In this document: positions 40,390 to 51,925 of the stretch, in pieces | Layout: each line of letters starts with the position of its first letter | Numbering within the stretch: the first letter of the stretch is position 1 | NCBI RefSeq assembly: GCF_004010195.1 | Contig: NC_057750.1 | Span: 4,692,745-4,756,744 of the forward strand | Direction of reading: 5' to 3' | DNA length: 64,000 bases | From: Chiloscyllium plagiosum | Taxonomy: Eukaryota | Made by a program: the position numbers and the translations under genes | Notes under the pieces: generated by a model | The model's input: the letters and a program-made list of their open reading frames with translations, nothing else | What the model was told of the DNA's origin: nothing | Database searches by the model: none

Positions 40390-40740
40390 ATTTGTTTGTG
40401 TAAGACACAGGAGCAGAAATTAGGCCGTGCGGCCCATCGAGTCTGTTCCGCCATTCAATCATGGCTGATAGGTTTCTCAACCCCATTTTCCCGCTTTCTC
40501 CCTGTAACCTTTGATCCCCTTGACGATCAAGAACCTATCAATCTCTGTTTTAAATACACTCAAAGACCGGGCCTCCACAGCCTCCTGTGACAGTGAATTC
40601 CATCGATGCCCCCACTCTCTGGCTGAAGACGTTTCGTCTTATCTCAGTTCTAAAACGTCTTCCCTTTGCTCTGAGTCTGTGTCCTCGAGTCCTGGTCTCT
40701 CCTACCACTGGAAACATCTTCCCAACGTCCATTCTGTCCA
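40390..40740 (-). mobile_element. CR1 3' fragment
   Basis: MFPVVGETRTRGHRLR...RRNVFSQRV on the minus strand; homologous to 43135-43550. Confidence 0.8.
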
Positions 40741-41377
40741 GATTTTAAAATCACAGGTTCTAGTCCTACAGGTTTATTTGGAAGCAGCGCCGCTCCTTCA
40801 CCAGGTACAACCACCGAAAGCTGGCGCTTCCAAATAAACCTGTTGGACTATAACCCGGTGTTGTGTGATTTTTAACTTCATTCCTGGGACCATTATCATG
40901 AAGGCCCTTGGAACACACTCTAGGGCCAATACATCTTTCCTGAGGCATGGGGCCCAAAATTGCTCACAATACTCATAGCGTGATCTGTGTGTGTGTGAGA
41001 GAGAGACCAGCCTGTTCACTTTAACACTGAAGGAATAAATTACAGTACTAGATGTTGGACTCTGTGCTGAAAACAACAAATGCTGGAGATCACGCTGGGA
41101 TTTCTGGCATTTTTTTTGTTTTCATTTCAGGTTAGCTCCAGAACACGCAGCAGCTGGCGAGACCGAGGGATAAACTCAACTCACTTTACTTGTTTACTCA
41201 ACAAATTAATAATTAGACTACAAGTTGATCGATTTTGTTTCGCTGAAATTAGTTGTTGATTCCCCCCACCCCCGTAAAAGATACAGAATATTACCTCTGT
41301 CTTCAGACAAAATACCAATTACCACAATCGACAACAAATTCTGCCTTTCCTCCCTGACCAGAGAGCTCAGTACTCAC

Positions 41378-41720
41378 CCGAGAAATTAATCCACCGTTTC
41401 TTAATGATATTCTAATTCTGGGAAGGTGACCCAGTCTTGGTTTCGAGAGGGTACAACACGCCGACTCTCTCTCTCTCTCGCTCGCTCTTCAAGGAAGAGG
41501 TGTCCATTCGCGGATAAATACCTCTGTAGTCCGCCCAGAGGGAAATTGCGCCTCCCCCCATGTGCGAGACGTGTCGAATTTGAACGCATTTTGTACATTA
41601 CAGCGGCTAATCAGTCGTCCTAAGTGACAGACTGTTAATTTCCTGTCTGATCCGGGTTTGTGTGTATGTTAGAGGGGGAGGGCTGTTACAAATGGAATTT
41701 ATCCCCCAGCCCCCTTCAGA
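41378..41720 (-). promoter_or_regulatory. Candidate proximal promoter and non-coding first exon of otx5
   Basis: Non-repetitive, CpG-containing DNA. Minus-strand order: TGACAG (41625-41630, + strand), CTAATCA (41607-41613), GC box (41531-41536), TATTTAT (41514-41520), TTAATCC (41386-41392), then donor CGG|GTGAGT at 41377. Confidence 0.55.
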
Positions 41721-41934
41721 TAAAAGACAATTCAAAATTTTCAGGTAAACCACAGAACAGAGTTCTGAGGGGTTACAGTAGATTGACGTTTAAATAGAAC
41801 GAAAAAAGCAGGCTGGAAAAAAAAAGTTGTCAGCATTTGGGGATTGGCCTTTTCGTAAAACAATATTAAGAAACGTTATGGGCCGTTTGTTTGTTGTCAA
41901 AATTTATTCTTAGAGTGAACAGGACAGTATTTAA

Positions 41935-42400
41935 TTTCTCTCTCTCGCTCTCTCCCTCCTCCCCATCTCATCTTTATCTCCCCGTCTACCCACCTCTCTC
42001 TCCCCTTCTCCATCTTCCCCCTCTCTCACTCCACATCCCCCCTCTTTATCCACATCTCCGTCTCCCCTTCCTCATTTACCCTCCTCCACATCTTTATCTG
42101 TCCTCTCCCCAGTCTCCCCTCTCTCTCCCGCTTACCCCTCACTCCGTCTCTCCTTCTCTCCCCTATCTCTCACTCTCTCTCCCCCGCACTAATTCTCACC
42201 CTATTCTCTCTCTGTCTCGCCCATTATTTCTGTCCTCTCACTTGCTCATCACACTTAGTTCTCTCTCTCTCTCCTTCTCTCGCTCTTCACCCTCTTTCTT
42301 CCTCTCTCCTTCCCATATCTACCCACTCCTCACTCCCCGTCTCTCCCCTCTCTCCAAATCTCTCTCTGCCATCTCTATTTCTCTCCCTCGCCCCCATCTC
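41935..42400. repeat. Polypyrimidine (CT-rich) low-complexity tract
   Basis: About 460 bp that is almost entirely C/T on the plus strand. Confidence 0.9.
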
Positions 42401-43134
42401 CAACCGGCGTGATTCTCCTGAAGTTGGCAGTGTTAAACCCAGAAAAATATTACCACATCTCAGTCGGAATTGCAAAAATTAACTCCCCCTCCCCCAGCTT
42501 TAACTTTCAGGGACGAGAGACGGTAGAATGTGTAATTAATAAACAGACTAAAATAAACACTGGCCTTCACACCTGGGCAATTGTGTCGAGTCGATGTGTC
42601 CATTTAGCGCTGAAGTTGTCAGCACTTGAGATTCAAGTCAATGGATCCTTCAGTTTGCTGGGCTGGAGAGGGGTGGGGTGTTGGTGGTGTAGATTTAAAT
42701 ATCCCCGCCTCTCCAATTACTCTGTCCTTTCAAGTAAAGCCCAGGAGCCGGGGGCTCCAGAGTAAAGCAGCTGCAGCAACATGCAAGGGAAGAAGTTACA
42801 GCCGACCACATATATACCACCATCAAATAAAGGCTGCCTAGGCTTTGTAAATTTTGGATTAGTGGTGCTGGAAGAGCACAGCATCAGGGATGAAGGGCTT
42901 TTGCCCGAAACGTCGATTTTCCTGCTCCTCGGATGCAGCCTGAGCTGCTGTGCTCTTCCAGCACCACTAATCCAAAATCTGGATTCCAGCATCTGCAGTC
43001 ATTGTTTTTAACCTAGTCTTTGTAAAGGCAATCTTTAACATTAGCTCTTTGTGTGGATGAAAGGGGGGTTGGGGGAGTGAAAGAGAGAGAGAGAAAGCAC
43101 CTCACACTCAGCCCGGATAGTGCTGCTTTTAACA

Positions 43135-43550
43135 TATGAGGGATGTTTGAGGACACGGCAGAGTTTACAAGAATGGGGGGGGGGGGGGGGGGGGGTTGTT
43201 CTGATTGAAACGTACAGAATACTGAACGGCCTGGACATTGGGAAGATGTTTCCATTGGTAGGAGAGACTCGGACCGGAGGGCTCAGCTTTAGAGTAAAGG
43301 GAAGACCCTTCTAGAACGGAGATAATGAGAAACGTCTTCAGCCAGAGAGTGGTGAATCTATGGAATTCACTGCCACAGGAGGCTGTGGAGGCCGGGTCAT
43401 TGAGTTTATTTAAGACTGAGATAGATAGGTTCGTGATCGTCAAGGGGTACGGGAAGAAAGTGGGAAAATGGGGTCGAGAAACTTATCGGCTATGATTGAA
43501 TGGAGGAGCAGACTCAATGGCCTAATTTCTGCTCCTGTGTCTTATGGTGA
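43135..43550 (+). mobile_element. CR1 3' fragment
   Basis: LIETYRILNGLDIGKMFPLVGETRT motif and a CR1 3' UTR. Confidence 0.8.
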
Positions 43551-43934
43551 GATAATATTTGGGAAATCGGGGAAAATGCGTTTTGTAAGTAAATCAAGAG
43601 TTCACAGTCAGAAGGGTCTGGTCAAACACAAGAGACGCTGTGCTCCTTTAAGATAATATCCCCGAGCCGCTGAGATTACAGCGTTAAAACTTCACAACAT
43701 TTCTCTGGGCCCCAACTTCGCCAGGTGACTATTCATCCTGTCACTACAGGGACTGATAGTGGAGTCATGAGGAGCATGTTACAGATATAACGACAAACAC
43801 CAATCCCCACACCAAACATAAAACAATTCCGATTAGATTAGATGTAACAGCACTGGTGCAATTTGATTTTTACAGATACATGCAGGAATGTATTTTTCAA
43901 CGCATGATCCAAATATATTTGAAGAATATTATTA

Positions 43935-44155
43935 TTTATTTGTTATTAATCTAAATGTATTTGAATAAATTTGTAATTAATTCAACTTTATTTGAATACA
44001 TTTGTCATTAACTCGAATTTATTTGAATGAATTTATCAATCCAAATATTTTACTAAATTAATTATTAATTCAACGTTATTGAAATATAATTGTTTTTAAT
44101 CCAACTTAAAAAAAATTAATGTATTACTAATCCAAATTTATTTTAATAAATATAT
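43935..44155. repeat. Degenerate AT-rich ~30-bp tandem repeat
   Basis: Approximate unit atttgttattaatccaaatttatttgaata, about 7 copies. Confidence 0.6.
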
Positions 44156-45426
44156 TTGTGTCCGAGGTATTTTAGTGAATGGCAGATTATTACTTTTAGT
44201 TAATGACATTCTAATAAGCTTACAGTCGGAGCGACTGTACAATATATACATCACAGAACACTTCCAACCTCATTTTAATTGTTTTTTATTTATGTATCTA
44301 ATGTCACTTCAATTTGACTTGAAAAAATATTTCTCCTAACAAATTCCAATTATATTTACTCTCGAAATAAATGAAGCGAACGCACTTGGAATGTTTTTCC
44401 GCAGTCGCTTTGAGACTTTAACCGGTTACATTTGTCAGGATTTTAACGCGAAGAGGTTTTCGAATAATTGTCATTTTAGAATTCTGAGCATTTTCAGTTT
44501 CCAGTTATTATTCTCTGTCACTAGTCGGTTGTTTTTTTTTCCGACAAATTTGCTTTTTGGGGGTTTTATATCAAATTCACAGCCATTCTGTAATGTTTGT
44601 AAAGTTGCTGCATCGTTCAGGAACGGGGCAAATTAAATAAGCAGCCCAGAAAATAGACTCGTTTCAGATCCATGGATTTGTTTTTTCTACCAAGAGCAGC
44701 CCTTTTGAAGGGTTGAGGTAAAGGGGGGCGATCTAATGTGCAAAAGTGTTCATTGTAAATAAACCTGAACCAATTTAAATTCAGAAATGGGTCTGATTTA
44801 TTTTTGAAAGTGGAGTTGAACTGAAATTTAAAAATACTTGCACAATTTAAGAATGGCTTTGGGAACAACGCATCGAAATAAAATGTTGGTGAGTTTTTGT
44901 TTGGAAAAGAACAAGGACGTGAGGGTACTGACAGTAACAGAGAGTCAACAAGAGTGTCCAAATTTATGCAAATTGGGAAGTTATTCGATTAAGTTTGTGA
45001 AAGCAAAAACTTAGGGAAATTCGGCCAATCTACTTACCCATTCGGTTCATATCATGCCTGATTTGTCACTGATTTCGGATCAATTACTGGAGCACAATCT
45101 TCCTGGTCAAATACACACACACACAAGCAAAAGCAGAAATTGCTGGAGAAACTCAGCTGTCTATTTTCTAAAAAAAAACTACACGTCTCTTTACCAACTC
45201 CCAGCAGAAGGGCTGGACGAGCGTAGCGCCAATGAACATAACTTTCACAAACTCAACACTGCTCACAATGCTGAGCAATTCGCCAGTGAAAATGCTTTGA
45301 AATCGAATCTCGGGAAAGCTTAGAATCGCTTTCATCCCCCTTCCCGCGTTCAGTCCTTTCTCAACATGGTCCAGTAAAACCTTACAAGAGACTTGACTCA
45401 GGAGGAGAGTGATATTTGAAACTTAC

Positions 45427-45506
45427 CAGGCTTGGAAGCTGATTTGGTCTGTTCGGGAGGGGAGGAAAACGTTGAGAGTGACTCCCTCGGTCTCTAGCAA
45501 TCGGGC
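45427..45506 (-). other. Candidate 80-bp internal non-coding exon
   Basis: Acceptor ttatgtttctgtcctttcag| at 45507 and consensus donor CTG|GTAAGT at 45426; no ATG; same strand as otx5. Confidence 0.45.
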
Positions 45507-46161
45507 CTGAAAGGACAGAAACATAACACAGGAGATTTTAGACACCGCAAACACCCCGTTTGGCAAGACTTGTTTTTCTTTGTAACTGGTTTGCTTAGAA
45601 TTACCGAGCGTGATATTGTAAAGGGATAATACAGAGCTGTTTAATCGCAGCTGAAATATGGTTTAACCTTGTTAAAGACAAGCTTAAGGGAAGTGAGGGG
45701 AGAGTGCGTGGGATCTGGCTGCTATGTGTTCTGACGCAGACATCATACCCAATCATTACCTGCTCAAGCAGAGATTTAATCCAGTGGCTCCCTCTAACCC
45801 CGAGACTATGTATCCCAGTGTGAAGGTAGCTGGCGCCCCTCACCTCAATCTATCCATTTGCTTCCACTCCAAGAGGCTCCTAGGGGTGGTCATGTGCAAT
45901 TTAAACCAGAGAACTGATCGCCACAGGTGTCAGGGACCGTTAATAACTGGGATTAATTCTGGAAATCTGAAATTAGAAAAACAAATTTGCTGTAGAAATT
46001 CAGCAGGTCCTGTGGAGAGAGAGAGAGAGTTAATGCTCCGATTCCAATATGACTTCTTCAGAAACGTTTTCACCTTCAGTCTCAGGTTCGGAAGAAGAGT
46101 CGAAAAATGTGTTGCTGGAAAAGCGCAGCAGGTCAGGCAGCCTCCAGGGAGCAGAAGAGTC

Positions 46162-46189
46162 GACGTTTCGGGCATAAACCCTTCTTCAG
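46162..46189 (-). ncRNA. Minimal hammerhead ribozyme core (PLE type), intact, opposite strand
   Basis: CTGAAGA-A-GGGT-TTAT-GCCC-GAAAC-GTC on the minus strand, with a G-U pair in stem II. Confidence 0.65.
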
Positions 46190-46194
46190 GATTA

Positions 46195-46222
46195 CTGAAG
46201 AAGGGCTTATGCCCGAAACGTC
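46195..46222 (+). ncRNA. Minimal type I hammerhead ribozyme core (PLE type), intact
   Basis: CTGAAGA-A-GGGC-TTAT-GCCC-GAAAC-GTC: both conserved boxes, a 4-bp stem II, palindromic ACGT stem III and a GUC cleavage triplet. Confidence 0.7.
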
Positions 46223-49200
46223 GATTCTCCTGTTCCCTGGATGCTGCCTGACCTGCTGCGCTTTTCCAGCAACACATTTTTCAGCTCTGATCTCCAGCAT
46301 CTGCAGACCTCACTTTCCCTCTGAAGAAGAGTCGTTGGATTGGAAACATTAACTCCGTTTTTTTCTCTCTGTCTCTACAAACACTGCCGGATCTGCAGGA
46401 TTCCTCAAGCATTTTCTGTGCTCATAACCTGTACTGTTAACTCTGTTTCTCTCTCCACAGCAGCCGGACCTGCTGAGTTCCTCCAGCACTTTCTGTGTTC
46501 ATAACCTGTACTGTTAACTCTGTTTCCCTCTCCACAGCAGCCGGACCTGCTGAGTTCCTCCAGCACTTGCTGTATTTACAACTTGCCATGTGAACTCTGT
46601 TCCTCTTGTCACGAGTCCTGCCAGACCTACAGCAATTCTCCGGAATTTTCTGTGTTTCTAACATGGAACATTAAGTCTGCTTCTCTCTCCATAGATGCTG
46701 GCAGCTCTGCTAAGGTTCCGCTGCATTTTCTGGTTTTATTTCAGGGGCGGCTCAGTGGCCTCACAGCGGCGGGGACCCGGGTTCGATTCCAGCCTCGGGT
46801 GACTGTCTGTGTGGAGTTTGCACATCCTCCCCGTGTCTGTGTAGGTGAAGGTTAGGGTGAATTGGCCACGCTAAATTACCCCATAGCGTTAGGTGCATCA
46901 GTCAGAGGGAAATGGGTCTGGGTGGCTTACTCCTCGGCGGGTCGGTAGTGGACTGGTTGGGCCGAAGGGCCTGTTTCCACACCGTAGGGAATCTCATCTA
47001 TCTGCAGAATCTTTGCTTTAAACCCCAATTGCTAACGGGTCCCGTCTTCTCAACTGAAGCTTGTGCTGATCAATTCTTCCACACACACAGTATTCTGGCC
47101 ATGAGACAGAGTTGGGTGGAGAAATGAACAAACTGATCATATTTGAAAGAAAGACGTCTCCAGGATAAATCGGAGATGTTGTTCTCTGTGGTGGAAGGGA
47201 TGATTACGGGGAGATTTGAGCCGTTTTCGATATCAGACGGGGTCTGGACACATTGGACAGGCAGAAACTGCCCATTGGTGGAGGGCTGGGGCAAATGGAG
47301 GCAGTGGACTCTGATGACAAACAGACAAGACGTGGTTAGGGCCCTGAATGTGCTGGAGCCAGATTCAATCGGAGCTTTCCAGAGGGAATTGGGAAACCTC
47401 CTGAGGTGGACAGAAATGTCAGCCCCATCCACTTGACTGGAGCAGTCTGTCTGGACCTAGCAAGGGCAGAGTGGCATTGCCAGATTTATTAATCCAGTGG
47501 GGATCCGGGTTCGAATCCTACCACTAGAGATGGTGGAACTTGAACTCGATAATAACCTCGATAACCTTGAAACTAATTGCTGTTAAAAATCCATCTGATG
47601 CTACTCAGGGAAGGAAATCGGCCACCTTTATCTGGTCTGACCTTCTTGTGACTCCAGACCCACAGCAATGTGGTTGATTTATAACTGCCCTCTGGCCAGT
47701 GACACGCACACCCCACCTATTAAGGAAAAACACAGACGTGTTTTGACAGAGTCTGTATTGTTGCAAGGGGTTTGTGGGTTGATCTACTGAGGCCCTTACC
47801 AACACACCCCAGTCAGCAAACGCCAGGAGTTGGACTTGAACCCGGATCCCCTGTCTCAGAGACAGGGGCGGAGGGAGTGTTTGTGTGTGTTTGGAAGGGG
47901 AGGGGGAGAGATTCTGGGCGGGGGGCATGATCCGCCCCTTGTGCCTCACCTTCGATGTGAGATGACCGGTGTCCCAAAAGAGGAGATCCTTCCCCAGTCC
48001 CCCGAGCTCGGTTTAGCACCAAAGCCTTCCCCGGGGGCTGTCTCGCTGGGTTCAAAGCCCCCTCCTCTTTCTCTCCCCCATTTCTCTTGGCTATACCTGT
48101 CTGTCCCGTTGATTTTCAGGAGGACAGGGGCAAGAGACTGTGTGGTGGATGTGGACTGAAGGCGTGGAGCATTTCCGAAGTCCCACAGTGAGCCTGGACC
48201 AGATTGGGAGAGAAGTGGGGGGTGTTATCTTTCAGGGATTTTGGAGCGCTGGGCCGTAGTAAATCACCTGGATGTGGAAATCTGTTCTTTAGGGAAGGGG
48301 GAGAACGTGAGTGCAAGCATTTTGAGAGTGTCAGATCTAACTTGTGTTTTATCAAATTTAACACAAAAAAAATCCCATCGCACTTCACAACATTTTTACT
48401 CTAACGTTTCTCGAGAAAATAAGTCCAGTTACTGGGTTCTGAGAAGACTCGTACTGGGCCTGAAACATTGACTGTTTCCCTCTGTTGCCAGACCTGCTGA
48501 GTTTCTCCAGCACTTTTTGTTTCCGTTATATTCACTTGTCGGTCCTCTCATCCCCGATTTAAAACAGTTCTAAATTATTTTACTCTAAACTTACAAAGAA
48601 AATCTGCCTTTGCTTTCTGTTAGATCCCTCCCAACACACACCTTTGAGTAAAACAGTGCCGTGGAAGCTAAAGTAACGCTTACTTTTCAGTTTAATTTCA
48701 TTCTTAAATGACTTAGTTATCCCATTAAGGACGGATTTGTATTTAACCCGACAAAAACATTTAAAGGAGCTGCTCATCATCCCGCTGCCAAAAAAGTACC
48801 ACAGGGACCCCGGAATCATTACCTTTAAAAGGAGCACCAGACTTTGCTCTGGACAAAATATTCAGTTAAAATGTTGGAGAAACGGTTTTCTCATAAAAAT
48901 TCTCTCAACGCTTTCCATTCCATCACATTCCGTTATATTCGATACTAAATCTGAGCGTGAACTTTTCTCAACAGAGCCTTCGACAGGACCCTCTCTCACC
49001 TCCTCCGTTCGGAGTTTGAGGAGAGCGAAATGCGCATTGGAAACGGTGGATGGATCTCTCCTGGTTGACAGTAATTCAGTGTCGGCTCACAGGGAAACAG
49101 AACGGGCTGGGTGAGAATCTGCCTGGGAATGGTCGCGACTGATTCGAGTGGGACACCCACTCGGTACCCCCACCACACCCCTCCCCCACACCCCTCCCCC

Positions 49201-49304
49201 CCACCCCCCGCCCAAGCTTCAGTCTGAGAAATGTTCACATCTCCAACTAGAGCTGCCTCCTCTCAATGTCACTGTGACAGCTCAGATGGTACTGTCCCAC
49301 TCCA

Positions 49305-49613
49305 CACAGAGAGACAGACAGATAAATAGATGGATAGAACGATTAAAAGAAAGAAAAAGTTGGAGACATACATAGATGGACAGATAGATAGATACATAGA
49401 TGGATAAAGAGATAGACAGCTAAAGAGGCAGACGCAGACATAGATAAACAGACAGATAGGTAGATAGATAGATGGACAGATAGACAACAGACAAATAGGC
49501 AAAGTGCTCTGAAAGCTAGTGCTTCCAAATAAACCTGTTGGACTATAACCTGGTGTTGTGTGATTTTTAACTTTGTCCACCCCAGTCCAACACCGGCATC
49601 TCCAGATCATGAC

Positions 49614-49704
<91 letters not shown>

Positions 49705-49870
49705 TAGACAGACAGACAGATAGATAGATAGACAGGCAGACAGACAGACGGCAGATAGACAAACGGACAAACAGAATGACAGGCAGACAGACAGATAGAT
49801 TGAGAGGGAGGCAGAAAGATAGAGACACAGGCTGATAGACAAACAGACAGACAGACAGATAAATAGATAA
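49305..49870. repeat. (GATA)n/(GACA)n microsatellite region interrupted by a family B repeat
   Basis: Pure GATA run at about 49614-49675, then GACA. Confidence 0.95.
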
Positions 49871-49975
49871 TTATTTTAATCAAATATATTCGCCACGGCG
49901 TTTGCGAATTCAGCGGAAACGATACAAATGAAACGAATGATCCTAATTCATAACAATGGTTAAAGTGAGGTTTAC

Positions 49976-50300
49976 CTGATTAAAGGACTGGACAATGCTG
50001 AACTTTACTGAACACCAGTAATTCCAGCATCCCGCAGAATGCAGGTCTCAGTGCCACCTTCCTACCGATTGGCTCCGGGCCGGTCTGTCCTCCAACACTT
50101 ATCCCGCCCCTGCAGCCCGGGTAGCCGGCCCAGAGCTCAGGGAGCCTGCGGTCACCCCCCAGTTCACGCTGGACACTGTCTCCGGGTGTCCGGGAGTCGT
50201 GCATTCGCCTCGGGGACGGCAGGGAGCAAAACCCAGGAGGGAAAATTACAGGCCGATTGGCAAATAAAACCAGCCCACCTTCCATCCCCTTTCAACATTT
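49976..50300 (-). promoter_or_regulatory. Candidate distal CpG-rich promoter / first exon
   Basis: GC/CpG-rich unique segment at about 50060-50260 with two CGATTGG (minus-strand CCAAT) boxes near 50066 and 50254, and donor CAG|GTAAAC at 49975. Confidence 0.35.
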
Positions 50301-51307
50301 CTGCTTATGAATTATGTAAAAAAAAAACAGGCGCAAAAAAACAGAAAGTAGGAGGTAGAAAGCTAAATAGTTAAACCGCCAGGGATACGCTCACAGAAAC
50401 TGGCACATGGACACTTCAACCTCTTTCGGGACAGTGACGGGGTCGATTAATGCTAATTCCTGGAGGGTCGCTAAAATAAGGGGCAACACAGTGAGGGGTA
50501 TGAGTACAATGCTCCAACTTCAGTGTTTCAGGATTAATCCAAATTCTCAAAAGTGTCCTTAGAAGTGAAAGAAAAGACAAAAAAAGTAGACTTTTGTTTT
50601 TCAATCACCGTGCTATGACATTCTGGAGCCTGGATCCCCTAGTCCTGAGGTAGGGACATTACCCTCAAAACATCTAAAAAGCACCTTAAAATGCCATGGC
50701 AGAGTACTGTAATGGGATCAGTGTACTTGGTCAGCATATACATCATGGGCCGATCGGCCTGATTCAATGCTATACGTCTCTATGACTATACATGGCTAAT
50801 ATTTGCTGTTGACACTTCAGCCTGCAAGGAGCTGTGGAAAAAATAAATTAAAAGCGTTTTGGTAGAGATGCTACTGAGGATTGCATGTAACACTCTCCGG
50901 GAAAGCTACTGGGCTCAAAATATGAAAATCCCTGTCTTAATCGCCACAACTCCTCTCTCTCCCTCTTAATAAAAAAACCAAAACAAAACCACAGGGAGAC
51001 CAAAGCAGCGCAAGGCGGTGTTAAAATCTAGGGACTTTAAGTCTTTACAAATCATTTGATCAGGGACACTAAACCCCTTACATTAGGATCACTGATAAAT
51101 AACCTGTAGCTGGAATTTTAAAAGTTAATTATAGTTTATCTGAAGCTAATGCATCTTACCTTGAGGTATAAATCTGCAGAGATTGATCCTGTTTTAGTTG
51201 GGCGCTGGACAGGGACCAGAGGAAGAGGTTGTGGACAAATGAGCGAGAGGAGTGGATATTCTTATTGATATGGATTCGTAACTCCTTTAATCCAGCCTGA
51301 GTGAGTC

Positions 51308-51925
51308 AAACACACTCACAGGGACAGGCTCCCAGAGAGAGGGGTAGACATACACACACACACACTCTCAGGGACAGGCTCCCAGAGAGAGGGGTAGACA
51401 TACACACACACACTCACAGGGACAGGCTCCCAGAGAGAGGGGTAGACACACACACACTCACAGGGACAGGCACCCAGAGAGAGGGGTAGACACACACATA
51501 CACACACTCACAGGGACAGGCTCCCAGAGAGAGGGGTAGACACACACACGCTCACACATACACACACAATCACAAGAACAGGGTCCCAGAGAGAGGGACA
51601 GGCAGACACACACACATGCGTGCACGCGTGCACACACACTCTCTCTCTCTCTCACACACAGAGACAGGGTCCTGGAGAGACAGACAGAGGCACACACACA
51701 CTCACAGGGACAGGGTCCCAGAGAGAGGGACAGACATGCACACACACACACACACACACACTCTCTCTCTCTCACACACAGAGACAGGGTCCTGGAGAGA
51801 CAGACAGAGGCACACACACACTCACAGGAACAGGGTCCCAGAGAGAGGGGCAGGCACACACACACAAGGACAGGGTCCTGGAGAGAGGCGGAGACAAGAC
51901 ACAGACACACATACACACACACAGA
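51308..51925. repeat. Compound minisatellite (~44-bp units, then a 120-bp duplication)
   Basis: cacactcacagggacaggctcccagagagaggggtagaca x5; 51661-51720 is nearly identical to 51781-51840. Confidence 0.9.

Larger units (their letters stand above)
46085..46320. mobile_element. Penelope-derived palindromic repeat, family A; other copies at about 6247-6411, 11025-11235, 16815-17025, 17475-17680, 39240-39350, 42852-43011, 56686-56937, 60694-60881
   Basis: Inverted arms (ctggaaaagc.cagcaggtcaggcagc ... gctgcctgacctgctg.gcttttccag). Exact TSDs: 17 bp (6230/6412), 15 bp (56671/56938), 16 bp (60678/60882). Same sequence as the PLTR at 63777. Confidence 0.75.
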
